Assembly: GCA_050293845.1 (NCBI GenBank)
Contig: JBNKNM010000024.1
Coordinates: 1 to 44,288 of the forward strand
Origin: Pseudobacteriovorax sp.
GTDB lineage: Bacteria; Bdellovibrionota_B; Oligoflexia; Oligoflexales; Oligoflexaceae
Direction of reading: 5' to 3'
Length of the DNA stretch: 44,288 nt
The position numbers were made by a program, and so were the translations under genes. The notes beneath the pieces are model-generated. The model saw nothing but the letters and a program-made list of their open reading frames with translations. It did no database searches and was not told where the DNA came from. Below are positions 1 through 9,614 of this stretch, piece after piece (within the stretch, counting starts at the first letter, position 1; each line of letters opens with the position of its first letter).

Positions 1-780
1 ATTGAACTTGTATAGAATTGGTCCCTCTACATCTGAACCGGTCAAACCTAAATGTGATATATCACCAATAGTTGTCCAGTTACCAAGAACTGCGTTACTA
101 CCTTCAAAGGTAATCTGTCCATCTCCAGAAGCTCGGTAATACCTATAGGCACTATTTTCCACCTTAATTATTTGGGTATCAATTATTCCCTGGTCTCCAG
201 GGCGATTGATATACAATTGGGGGACAGAAAAGTTCTTGAAATCTGTAGTCGTAGCATAGTAGATCCTGGCCTTATCTAGTCCAGCCATAGGTGATATCGT
301 TGCCCAATAGACAACATATTGACCAATTGTTTCATCGTAGATTGCTTCCGGTGCCCATGCACAACCCGCTTCGCTAATAGTTCCTGCTACATCTACAAGC
401 CGTGGACCGGACCAGTTCACTAAATCCGTAGATTCCCAAATAACCAATGAAGTGCTGCCTTCATGCGCGGCAACATACCAACCCTTTCCGCTAGCAATTC
501 GCAAATCTGTAGCGATAATCCAAAATTTTGAGCCATCAAATGAACGGATCAAAGACGGGTCACGCACACCAAGTTCACCAACGGTTGATGTTAATACTGG
601 TTGAGAGTTATTTACGTCTGTCCAGTTGACTCCATCAGTACTGGTAGAAAAATATATCTGTTCTCCAGTCGCAGATTCACCTGTAAAGTGAGCGAACAAA
701 TATGCATCTGCTGCATGTAGAGTTGAACTAGAAGCGATGATCATTATCGTGAAGGTAAACATCGAGATATATTTCTTCAT
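1..780 (-). CDS. Secreted glycoside hydrolase family 43 (arabinofuranosidase/xylosidase-like), 3' end runs off the window
   Basis: Not in the ORF track. Hand translation: MKKYISMFTFTIMIIASSSTLHAADAYLFAHFTGESATGEQIYF...GVRDPSLIRS...WIIATDLRI...AWAPEAIYD...IIDTQI...VEGPILYKFN. Signal peptide plus GH43 catalytic D (RDP), WAP, D (IIDT) and E (EGP) motifs. Alternative in-frame ATG at 792. Confidence 0.9.
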   Translation of the reverse strand, partial: MKKYISMFTFTIMIIASSSTLHAADAYLFAHFTGESATGEQIYFSTSTDGVNWTDVNNSQPVLTSTVGELGVRDPSLIRSFDGSKFWIIATDLRIASGKGWYVAAHEGSTSLVIWESTDLVNWSGPRLVDVAGTISEAGCAWAPEAIYDETIGQYVVYWATISPMAGLDKARIYYATTTDFKNFSVPQLYINRPGDQGIIDTQIIKVENSAYRYYRASGDGQITFEGSNAVLGNWTTIGDISHLGLTGSDVEGPILYKFN

Positions 781-1008
781 AAAAAATGTCATGTTGATCC
801 CCATAAAAATGTGTCCGTCCGATCCATCTAATATAGCAAGGCGCACCTCATCATTGCCAGGGTAAAACTCCAGCAATGAAAGATAAAGCCTGCGACTAGC
901 AAAGCCAAACCCTTATAGAACCGTGGCCAAGAGAGCTTGACCATGGGAAATCTTTTGATTGTGGCTGCGTTTGGGCAGCTAGCGGTCTACTTTTTCGATA
1001 ATTTGATA

Positions 1009-1055
1009 TTGCTTGAAGATAGCATTTAGAACCCCAAGATGACTGAGTAACTTCA
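1009..1055 (+). repeat. 47 bp dispersed repeat, copy 1
   Basis: TTGCTTGAAGATAGCATTTAGAACCCCAAGATGACTGAGTAACTTCA; 42/47 identical (hand alignment) to 26686-26732, same orientation. Confidence 0.85.
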
Positions 1056-1195
1056 CCCCTGAAGTCGGAATCTTCATCGATGACCTCGCTAGAACTGGGG
1101 GGATTTTCCTAGCAGAAGTTAGAAACGATTATCAAACAATGGGCAAGGAAAAGGAAACCTTTGCAAACAATCGTACTGTTTTGAATCAACATCAA

Positions 1196-1728
1196 AGATT
1201 AGCTGGTTAACTCATGGCTTAAGATATGGCCTTTTTAGACATCAATTTGAAGCTTGTATCAAAAATTTTTAAATGAAGATATGCCTAGGGAACTCATAGA
1301 ATCTTTCTCAGACCACATAAAGGATAGAGAAACTTTTCAAAATAAAGATGGGAAACCTAGAGGGCTTGAACATAAAAATTATTTATTCGCACTTATATAT
1401 AAAGTTTTTTTGATTTTAATCTAGTCGATGAATACAATTTTCATCCGCAAGATATGTGCGCATTATTAGATAATAATTTTTCCATTTCAGAACACTTCCA
1501 ATCATCTATATCTGAAGTTTCTAAACCTATATTCATCAATCAATTGAAGGGTTTCAAGAACAAATCCAAGCTGAAGAATGCTCCACCGTATATAGCCTTT
1601 TACACAGCTCTCAAAAGTTGAATGTCAGGAATGCTTGATGCTGATCGATTAGACTACCTTCAGCGAGACTTTCTTAACTGAGGACTAAGCTAGACGGAAT
1701 TGATATTGATCATCTCTTAGGTTCGATT
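1196..1728 (+). pseudogene. Decayed HD-domain phosphohydrolase (SAMHD1/YdhJ-like) pseudogene
   Basis: 1196-1251 reads RLAG*(frameshift)HGLRYGLFRHQFE (cf. RLAGLLHDLGHGPFSHxFE); 1625-1669 reads SGMLDADRLDYLQRD; 1696-1728 reads GIDIDHLLGSI. Motifs are in the correct order with stops and frameshifts between them. Confidence 0.8.
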
Positions 1729-2211
1729 TCATAGTTCCAATATTATTTAGGCTTAGATCGCAAATCTCCCTCACCCTAAAACTAGCATAGAAGCCAGCAG
1801 CAGGATCGCTCGATAACAGTGATAGTTATATTTTGTAGGTTCAAGGAAGAAAATATTTTTTTACATCCTCATCTTTCAGGTCAGAGGTTTCCGTCTTGTT
1901 ACTACCACCAGGTCTATCAATGCCAAAGTAATATTTCGCTTCATAAGTCCTATCGCAATAATAGGGACTATGCTTATAGGATTCCTTTTGCATAAGAAAA
2001 AAACAAGGATTCCAGGCAAAATAAGCTTTAGAGGGAAGACAAACGGGTTTTTATGACAGCCTAACAAGTCCTAGATTAGTTTGAATCTTTGGCTAAAATA
2101 AAAAACCTAGTTTATCTTAATTTAACTCACTTGATGGTTGGTATAGGTTGTAGGGTAGGGGAAGCTTGTGGTCTTCGATGGATAATATAGCTTTTTTTGA
2201 AGCTAGACTCT

Positions 2212-2730
2212 TTAAGAGCTGTTGGCTGCCTGATTTATGGCATCAATATACTGACTGATAAAGCTGTTTAATCCCATAATCCGGTGAGCAATAAACCTGA
2301 TCAATGGATTTCCAATACGACCATTTTCGGTGATTTTAACTTCAGTACCATCAGGCATTTCCCGCAGCTCAATAATCCACTCCCCAGCAAAGGGGGCATC
2401 CTTGCCAACAACTTCCCGGATCAACTTAGTAGGTGGCTCAAGAAGTGTGAAGCGGTAGCTCATCTTTTGACCAGTCTGGTATTCTTCTTCCCATTGGGGT
2501 AATGGGTTGGATTCTGTGATTTGCACTGTCTTCACTGTCTGATTCCATTGGGGTATGAGCTTCACATTGCTAACAAGTTCCCACACCTTTTGCTGTGGCA
2601 CTGGGATGGTTTTTACTACAACTATCTGGTGATTGGGGTCGATTTGGGTACCCAAGAGAGCCAGCACGGCCAGAAATGCCAGCAGTAATCCAGAACAGAC
2701 TCCCATGATTATAAGCGCTTTACGTAACAT
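2212..2730 (-). CDS. SRPBCC (START/polyketide cyclase-like) family protein with N-terminal membrane anchor
   Basis: VWELVSNVKLIPQWN, GEWIIEL, GTEVKITENG pattern; hydrophobic N-terminus. Confidence 0.8.
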   Translation of the reverse strand: MLRKALIIMGVCSGLLLAFLAVLALLGTQIDPNHQIVVVKTIPVPQQKVWELVSNVKLIPQWNQTVKTVQITESNPLPQWEEEYQTGQKMSYRFTLLEPPTKLIREVVGKDAPFAGEWIIELREMPDGTEVKITENGRIGNPLIRFIAHRIMGLNSFISQYIDAINQAANSS

Positions 2731-3045
2731 CTAATCCTCTTCTTTCTCGGATTTGACTTTTTTTAGAAAGGGAAGTTTATTGATATCAGTTGGTTCATCG
2801 AAAACTTTTTCGATATAAAGAATATTATGATAGGGCACATGTAGAGACTGAGTTTTGCGAAAGCGTTTACTAGCGGCATCTTCTTCTGGTAGGATTATTT
2901 TCTTCACAGAATCCTTGAATAAAAAGTCGCTCATACATACTAACCCAGGGATCTCGCTTGGTTCAATATGTCGTACTAGAACCTGAGCGATGTCGCCTTT
3001 TTCGTTTTCTTTAAATCTAACACGGTAAATTAATTCTTCATTCAT
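2731..3045 (-). CDS. DUF1820 family protein
   Basis: IYRVRF...GLVCMSDFLF...IILPEED...RFRKTQSLHVPYHNILYIE; likely ATG at 3045 (MNEELIY); stop abuts the start of the SRPBCC gene. Confidence 0.7.
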   Translation of the reverse strand: MNEELIYRVRFKENEKGDIAQVLVRHIEPSEIPGLVCMSDFLFKDSVKKIILPEEDAASKRFRKTQSLHVPYHNILYIEKVFDEPTDINKLPFLKKVKSEKEED

Positions 3046-3145
3046 TCTAATACATCTTACATTTTGGGTAGATTTATATAGAAAATAGAGAGGCAATATT
3101 TAATAAGAGTAGCATCCTTGTCAAGTACCTTCGAGGACCGATATT

Positions 3146-4429
3146 ATGAGATTCGCATTCTCCCCCATTTTTATAGCCACAAGTCTTGCATTTCTATATT
3201 ATGGAAAATTGGCCGCATCAAATGCTTACATTGCTGTTGGCAGTCTTAAGGGCTACGTGGAATCTTGTGGCTGCAGCCCTGAAACTGACTTTGGGGGACT
3301 ACGCCGGTTGGCACGGTTTGTTGATTTCCATAGGAGCTTGGATAAGGAGCTCCTATTATGGAACCTCGGTGATAATTTTGGCGGGGATCTGGAAAAAAAT
3401 CGTGCCATCGCGGAAAGTTTACTGTTTCTAAAACCTACTGTATCCTTACCTGAGGTAGCACCGCAGGCAGCTGCATGGACTCCCTCACTGCAAAAGTTGC
3501 CTCATGTTCTAAGCACTGGGAGAAATCCATTGAAAATTCCTGCGAAACCGATGCAGTGGGCGGGAAACTATGCCGTGTTTGGTGCCATTGGGCCGTTGTC
3601 TGATGAAGAGATAGAATCGCTCAAGCATCTAGTTCAAAAGATTGCACCACCTAAATCCTTATTACTATTCAGAGGTAACGATGCTACTTTAAAGACCTTA
3701 ATAGCAGCTGATTTGTTCAATCGCATCATTACTTCTAATCACCGTACCCATGAAGCACCGGATCTTTTAGAGATGGAAAAACCCGGTATCTTGCTCCGAC
3801 AGCGTCAAGTGGCGGCAGTACCCAGCTTTGGGCAAGGAGTATTGGTTTCTCAGTTAAGGGAAAAGGCTTCGCTATTATTTGGAGATCCTCAGAAAGGGCT
3901 GAAGAAACCAGGGCATGTATTTCCAGTGCTATCTCCTTACCGCTGGTTAACGGTAAAATGGAAAAAAGGGCCGCAAACGCAGGTTGATTCCATCATGGAT
4001 CACTATATCAGTGGACAACAAAAAAATTTTCTAAGTCTTGTTAATCGTTGGAAAAAAGAAAATAAAGATCATAATTATGTGGGCTCGGCAACCTGTCGGT
4101 CATGCCACCTTAAAGAGTTTAAAGTTTGGCAACAGAGCCAGCACTCCCTTGCCTATAAAACCCTAGAAAAGCAAGGTAAGCATGAGTTGGCCGACTGTGT
4201 AAGCTGTCACGTGGTAGGTTTTGAGGTAGGGGCCTTTCGTGGCAGGAAACTCAGTTCTCACCTAGAGGGGGTGGGCTGTGAAAATTGTCATGGACCTGGA
4301 AAGCTGCATATTGCCAATCCACAAAATGCAAAACTCAGCAGAAATCCAAAGATGTGTCAAAAGTGTCATCACCCTCCCCATATGGCGAATTTTGATTTTT
4401 CTGCCTATTGGCCTCGTATCGCACACTAG
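3146..4429 (+). CDS. Exported protein: 5'-nucleotidase/UshA-like N-terminus fused to a tetraheme cytochrome c554-like domain
   Basis: N-terminal GYVESCGC...GGLRRLA and LGDNF; four CxxCH motifs (CRSCH, CVSCH, CENCH, CQKCH); YVGSATC..CH and WQQSQHSLAYKTL c554-type segment; signal-peptide-like start. Confidence 0.8.
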   Translation: MRFAFSPIFIATSLAFLYYGKLAASNAYIAVGSLKGYVESCGCSPETDFGGLRRLARFVDFHRSLDKELLLWNLGDNFGGDLEKNRAIAESLLFLKPTVSLPEVAPQAAAWTPSLQKLPHVLSTGRNPLKIPAKPMQWAGNYAVFGAIGPLSDEEIESLKHLVQKIAPPKSLLLFRGNDATLKTLIAADLFNRIITSNHRTHEAPDLLEMEKPGILLRQRQVAAVPSFGQGVLVSQLREKASLLFGDPQKGLKKPGHVFPVLSPYRWLTVKWKKGPQTQVDSIMDHYISGQQKNFLSLVNRWKKENKDHNYVGSATCRSCHLKEFKVWQQSQHSLAYKTLEKQGKHELADCVSCHVVGFEVGAFRGRKLSSHLEGVGCENCHGPGKLHIANPQNAKLSRNPKMCQKCHHPPHMANFDFSAYWPRIAH

Positions 4430-4596
4430 ACCCATATCCGTAACTTTTTGATCTTGGATTAAATAGAATTGCTAAGGGCTTCAGGAAAAAGTATGAAATC
4501 ATGTTGCGGGAGTCCTCTTCTGTGTTAAAACTAGCGAGTTAATTTGTCTGCATGGCTTCCATGGGACGCGAAACGACTAAGATATGAGATAAAAGT

Positions 4597-6174
4597 ATGA
4601 AACCACTGACTCCCCATTGGGCTGACATAGTAGCCGCCCGTATTGTGAGCGCAAAAGCTAACCAGGAATCTTTTACTGTTGCTAGTGGTATCACCCCTAG
4701 CGGAACAGTACATATTGGCAACTTTCGAGAGGTGATCACTGTTGAATTTGTGGCCCAAGCGCTGAAGTCTCTTGGGAAGTCAGTACGATTTATCTACAGC
4801 TGGGATGATTTTGATACTTTTCGCAAAGTTCCCTCAAATTTACCAAACCAGGATATGCTAAAGGAGCATCTTCGCCGCCCCATCAGTCGTGTACCTGACC
4901 CTTATGGGGAAGATGGCAGCTATGCAGCCCATAATATTAAAGAGTTTGAAAGCGACCTGAATAAAATAGGGATACGCCCCGAGTTTTTGTATCAGCATGA
5001 ACGGTATTCTTCAGGAAAGTACGCAGAAGAGGTAAAGATAGCCCTCGAACATGCAGCGGAAATCCGTGACATTCTTGATAAGCATCGATCAAAGCCATTT
5101 CCTGAAGATTGGCTACCCGCGGCTATATATTGTGAAAAATGCGATCGCGATGAAATGGAATACCAGCGCTATCCGGGAGGCTACGATTACGCCTATAAAT
5201 GCTCTTCGTGTGGGTATGAAGCCATTACCGATATCAGAAAGACTAAGAATATTAAGCTTAATTGGCGAACTGATTGGCCCATGCGCTGGAGCTTTGAAAA
5301 AGTGGACTTTGAACCTGGCGGTAAGGATCACTCCAGCGAAGGCGGGTCATATACGACCGCCCAAGACATTGTAAAAAAAATATGGCAGCGGGAAGCGCCC
5401 CAGTATCTGCAGTATGACTTTGTATACATCAAAGGGGGGAGTGGCAAGATGTCTTCCTCTTCTGGAGAGCTGATTACCCTTAGTGAAGCCTTTGAGGTTT
5501 ACGAACCACAGATGGTAAGATGGATCTTTGCCGACCAACGTCCCAATCATGACTTTGCCATTGCTTTCGATACTGACGTTATAAAAGTATATGATGAATT
5601 TGATCGTACGGAGAGGCAAGCTTTAGGTCCCAAACCAGAGAAGTTGGGCAAGTGGCCCTTGCTACGTCGGTGTTATGAGTTTTCTTGTGTAGGAGATCTC
5701 CCTGAAAAAGCACCCTACCGTGCCCCTTTCCGAGAGCTGTGTAGTCGTCTGCAAATTTTTGATGGAGACATTGATAAAACCCTATCTCGGTTTTACCAGG
5801 ACAAAGTGGTAACAGAGACCGATAAAGAACTATTTTTTGCCCGTGCTGAGAAAGCGCTGACTTGGCTCGAAAAGTATGCCCCAGATGAATTTCGCTATCG
5901 GATCAATAAAGATGCTATAGAAATCGAACTTACCCCGTTACAGTCAGATGCATTGCGAGCTTTCCGTGAGCTTATCGTCAATGTTGACCTCGACACTATA
6001 GAGCCAAAAGATCTTAATCAGATGATCTATGATGAGGTGATCCGCAGGGTAGAAATCGACAGCAAGGAATTTTTTAAAGCTGTTTACTCAAAACTAATCA
6101 ATCGGGATCAAGGACCTCGTCTTCCAGGATTTATAAAGGAAATTGGACGCAATCGCTTGCTGCAACTCCTTTGA
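4597..6174 (+). CDS. lysS: Lysine--tRNA ligase, class I
   Basis: HWAD, SGITPSGTVHIGNFREV, FEPGGKDH, KMSSSSG, QGPRL; two CxxC zinc pairs. Confidence 0.96.
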   Translation: MKPLTPHWADIVAARIVSAKANQESFTVASGITPSGTVHIGNFREVITVEFVAQALKSLGKSVRFIYSWDDFDTFRKVPSNLPNQDMLKEHLRRPISRVPDPYGEDGSYAAHNIKEFESDLNKIGIRPEFLYQHERYSSGKYAEEVKIALEHAAEIRDILDKHRSKPFPEDWLPAAIYCEKCDRDEMEYQRYPGGYDYAYKCSSCGYEAITDIRKTKNIKLNWRTDWPMRWSFEKVDFEPGGKDHSSEGGSYTTAQDIVKKIWQREAPQYLQYDFVYIKGGSGKMSSSSGELITLSEAFEVYEPQMVRWIFADQRPNHDFAIAFDTDVIKVYDEFDRTERQALGPKPEKLGKWPLLRRCYEFSCVGDLPEKAPYRAPFRELCSRLQIFDGDIDKTLSRFYQDKVVTETDKELFFARAEKALTWLEKYAPDEFRYRINKDAIEIELTPLQSDALRAFRELIVNVDLDTIEPKDLNQMIYDEVIRRVEIDSKEFFKAVYSKLINRDQGPRLPGFIKEIGRNRLLQLL

Positions 6175-6211
6175 AGGGGATGTGCTTATTTAATTTAGTT
6201 AGGGGCTGTGA

Positions 6212-6673
6212 ATGAAGGCTTTTGCTATTATTATGCTTTTCATGTTTTCTGGAAGCTGCTCCATGGTTTCTAAGATGGTGGTAGAAAAGCCAGAGATTGA
6301 ATTGGAGTCCATTGAGCTTCAGAAGCTTTCTTGGTCTTCGGTTGATTTAAATATCAGCCTAAAAGTTACTAACCCTAATTCCTTTGCTATTGGCTTGGCG
6401 AATTTGAAGTACCAGGTTTTTGTAAGCGGAAAACCTGTGGGTAAAGGTCATTATGCAGAGGCTTTTAATGTACCTGCGAAGAAGAAAAAGAGCCTTTCCA
6501 TCCCTTTTTCCCTTGATGGAACAGCTACTTTAGAGGTCGCTAAAAACTATTTAATAGGGAGTTCGCAAGAGCTGAAAGCTCACATATTGGGAGCTACAGA
6601 GATTATGACCCCAGTGGGCTCCTTTGAAATTCCCATTGATGAGACAAAGGTCATCGTAAAGTCCAAACCTTAA
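6212..6673 (+). CDS. LEA type 2 / WHy domain lipoprotein
   Basis: Lipobox-like FSGSC; LKVTNPNSFAI...LKYQVFVSGKPVGKG motif. Confidence 0.85.
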   Translation: MKAFAIIMLFMFSGSCSMVSKMVVEKPEIELESIELQKLSWSSVDLNISLKVTNPNSFAIGLANLKYQVFVSGKPVGKGHYAEAFNVPAKKKKSLSIPFSLDGTATLEVAKNYLIGSSQELKAHILGATEIMTPVGSFEIPIDETKVIVKSKP

Positions 6674-6703
6674 ATGTATAGTGTGATCTGAAAGGAGTTT
6701 ATC

Positions 6704-7183
6704 ATGACTGATATCTATAGTTTCAAGGTCAATACCATTGATGGAAATGAAGCTGTTCTAAGCCAGTATAGCGGAAAAGTTCTATTAATCGTCAATGTTG
6801 CAAGTGAATGTGGTCTCACGCCACACTATAAAGGTCTGCAGGAACTCTATGAGGAATTGAATGGCAAGGGTTTTGAGGTTCTTGGCTTTCCCTGTAATCA
6901 ATTTGGGGCTCAGGAACCTGGTAACAATGAAGAGATTAAGACCTTTTGTGAACTGAAATATAAAATTACCTTCCCCATGTTTGCTAAAGTAGATGTTAAT
7001 GGGGAAGATGCTCATCCCCTCTACCAATACTTAAAGAGTCAGATTGCTGGAGAGGATAAAGAAGATATCGAATGGAATTTTGCCAAGTTTCTCATAGGCA
7101 AGGACGGTAAGGTTCTTCAAAGATATCACCCCCAAGTTGAACCCCGTGAGATAAGGGCAGATATAGAAGCTGCGCTAAAATAA
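6704..7183 (+). CDS. Glutathione peroxidase (Cys type)
   Basis: VNVASECGLT (TGT codon), LGFPCNQFGAQEPG, IEWNFAKFL; AAGGAG RBS. Confidence 0.96.
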   Translation: MTDIYSFKVNTIDGNEAVLSQYSGKVLLIVNVASECGLTPHYKGLQELYEELNGKGFEVLGFPCNQFGAQEPGNNEEIKTFCELKYKITFPMFAKVDVNGEDAHPLYQYLKSQIAGEDKEDIEWNFAKFLIGKDGKVLQRYHPQVEPREIRADIEAALK

Positions 7184-7455
7184 TTGCGTGATTTAAGCCA
7201 GATTGGTAATTGCATGGTCAGGTTAGCATTTCGCATCCGTTCTTACCTAATATTATCAAGGCTCTCAACTTGGTTTTACGGATCTCAGGCAAAAGAATAG
7301 GGCGTCATAAAGCAATCTCTAGGGGTTGCTTATTTTCTGCGCTATTTCCTACTATTAAGCTTCGTCAAATCATGCATTCTCTCCTAATTATCTATAATCA
7401 GAAATATTTTTTTTAGGCCTCTTTTTTGCTTGTAGGAATTATCAAGGAGAAAAAT

Positions 7456-8865
7456 ATGCCGTTCAGCCTAAATTCTAATGAAATGAGTTCCTACCAATCC
7501 TTTTCCAAATTGGCACTACCACGCCATACTTCTTATCCTGCTGTGCCTTATTGGAAGGACAAGTTTAATCAATACGAAGTTAACCAATTAGGAAAATCCT
7601 ATACCCAAGGTCGCGAAGATTTGTCGTTGTATTTTCATGTGCCTTTTTGCCAGCAATTATGCTTCTACTGTGGTTGTAGTAAGGAAATTAGGCAGCGAAA
7701 CTCACCAAAAACACGCGAAAAAATAGACTCATTGCTACAAGGGTTTCAGCAAGAGCTTCAGCAAAAGCAGAAATTACTGGCAGACACCAAAGTAAAACAC
7801 CTTCATTTTGGAGGAGGAACACCAACATTTTTGAATCCTGATGAATGGGAGCAGCTTTGGGGATATTTGCATCGCTCCATTCGTATAGCTGATAATGCAG
7901 AAATTGCAGTTGAAATAGATCCTCGAACTATTTCTTATGACACGTTAAAGTTCTTAAAAGAACTAGGATTCAATCGTATCAGCTTAGGAGTACAAGATTT
8001 TGATTTGCGGGTGCAGCAAGCCATCAATCGCGTACAGCCCTATTATCTTGTGGAAAACGCTGTTAACTGGGCACGAGACTTAGGGTTTAATTCTATTAAT
8101 TTTGATTTGATTTATGGACTTCCTTTTCAATCCAAAAAAAGTGTTGAGGAAACAATTCATAAGGTTATTGGCCTAAATCCAGATCGCATTGCCTACTATC
8201 GCTTGGCTATTATTCCTGATCTATTTAAATGGCAACGATCCTTTTTAGCGAAAGACCTACCTGCTGGGTTAGAACCGTTGAAGTTGAACCTTACTGCCAT
8301 GGAACTGTTTGATGCAGCAGGATATAGGTTTATTGGATTAGATCACTTTGCAAAGGAAAGTGATGAGCTCTGCAAGGCATTCTCTGATAATACCTTGCAC
8401 CGAAACTTTCAAGGTATGACAGCTGGCAAAGATCAATACATTATAGGTATAGGACCATCTTCAATCTCAGACCTAGGCGGCTTATATTTCCAAAATCCAC
8501 GCAGCCTTAATGAATGGCGAGAGAGTCTTAGCACCTCTGAGTATCGCTATAAAGGGCATATGTTGAGTTTTGATGACAAATTAAGACGGGAGCTTATTCA
8601 AGGAATTTATTCCTATGGTAACATTGATCTTCAGTTTCTTGAGGATAAGTTTGCTATATCTTTTAACCAGTACTTTGCTAAGGAAAAATCCTATATAGAA
8701 CATCTGATTAGCTCAGGTCTTATCAGTCGTAACTCTTATATAATTTATGAGAATCAGTTGTTAGGCAGACTCTTAAGGCGTGTTTTTGCCTCCGCATTCG
8801 ATAATTACCTTCCTGCAGATCGCTTCATTGTGGGAACTCCGGGCCAGGCTTCCCATGTAGGGTAG
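7456..8865 (+). CDS. hemN: Oxygen-independent coproporphyrinogen III oxidase (radical SAM)
   Basis: PRHTSYP, LYFHVPFCQQLCFYCGC, HFGGGTPT, IGLDHFA, LHRNFQG; ATG at 7456 follows AAGGAGA. Confidence 0.93.
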   Translation: MPFSLNSNEMSSYQSFSKLALPRHTSYPAVPYWKDKFNQYEVNQLGKSYTQGREDLSLYFHVPFCQQLCFYCGCSKEIRQRNSPKTREKIDSLLQGFQQELQQKQKLLADTKVKHLHFGGGTPTFLNPDEWEQLWGYLHRSIRIADNAEIAVEIDPRTISYDTLKFLKELGFNRISLGVQDFDLRVQQAINRVQPYYLVENAVNWARDLGFNSINFDLIYGLPFQSKKSVEETIHKVIGLNPDRIAYYRLAIIPDLFKWQRSFLAKDLPAGLEPLKLNLTAMELFDAAGYRFIGLDHFAKESDELCKAFSDNTLHRNFQGMTAGKDQYIIGIGPSSISDLGGLYFQNPRSLNEWRESLSTSEYRYKGHMLSFDDKLRRELIQGIYSYGNIDLQFLEDKFAISFNQYFAKEKSYIEHLISSGLISRNSYIIYENQLLGRLLRRVFASAFDNYLPADRFIVGTPGQASHVG

Positions 8866-9045
8866 CTTCTGCTATGCAGTGCTAGTAATTTCAATCTAAT
8901 ACGACTGATTTTAGATCGTGATGCAATGTTCGAATGAGATTTTTCTGGAACATTGCTATACCCTTGATTTTATTAAGATATTTTCTAAGAGTTGGGAAAG
9001 TTTTAAAAAGTCATTTCCTAACTACCGTTAACTCGCGCCAGGTTT

Positions 9046-9064
9046 CGCCTACCTGAAGGAGGCG
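9046..9064. terminator. Possible terminator hairpin between convergent hemN and the 9087 gene
   Basis: CGCCT-ACCTGAAGG-AGGCG followed by TTTT. Confidence 0.35.
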
Positions 9065-9086
9065 TTTTACAGTGCATGAGATAAAC

Positions 9087-9614
9087 TTAAAAATTAGTAA
9101 CTTCATAAAATTTCGGAAGCTGTTCTACAATCAGAGTAGATTTGTAAGAGGGACTTCCGCCGAAGAAAAACAAAGGTGAGTTGCCTTGAGCTTTCAATGT
9201 CAAATATCCATCTTTTTCGGGGGTAAAGTACTCAACAAAACGCATATTTTGTGCGGCACCGTTTCGTGGCTTGGTGTCATTGATGATTTCAAACTGCCAG
9301 GCAAAAATTTCGTTTTCAAAAAATAGCTGCACTACAGCCCCACAATTGTCACACTCGCGGTAGGGTGTCTGGATAATACCATCGAAAGTAATCCTGTACG
9401 TACTGCCTCTTCTAAGTCGAACAGAAAAGTCAGTCATCTCTTGGTATTCGTTATTTAGGTGGAACCTTTCATTCAATTCCCGAAGGACGACCTTTCGCTT
9501 TTTCAACTCTTCAATTCTAGTTAGATTGACTTCGGCTGATAGTTGAGAATTCGTTTGGGCCATGGTGTTTAAACTAACAAGGAGGCCGAATACGAGTGTT
9601 ACTAAATTTTTCAT
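9087..9614 (-). CDS. Hypothetical secreted beta-rich protein
   Basis: 175 aa ORF with signal peptide MKNLVTLVFGLLVSLNTMA and AGGGG RBS; no family recognised. Confidence 0.7.
   Translation of the reverse strand: MKNLVTLVFGLLVSLNTMAQTNSQLSAEVNLTRIEELKKRKVVLRELNERFHLNNEYQEMTDFSVRLRRGSTYRITFDGIIQTPYRECDNCGAVVQLFFENEIFAWQFEIINDTKPRNGAAQNMRFVEYFTPEKDGYLTLKAQGNSPLFFFGGSPSYKSTLIVEQLPKFYEVTNF

Noticed and set aside
851..879. Hairpin upstream of GH43 as a riboswitch
   Set aside because: Single stem with no riboswitch consensus I can recognise; an Rfam/Infernal scan would be needed.
1455..1482. dif-like site (TGTGCGCATTA resembles a XerC arm); similar partial near 9865-9890
   Set aside because: No XerD arm (TTATGTTAAAT) at the right spacing; the first lies inside the HD pseudogene.
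6704..7183. Selenocysteine glutathione peroxidase
   Set aside because: The active-site codon is TGT (Cys); the CGC motif of the 3146 gene is also encoded by Cys codons.
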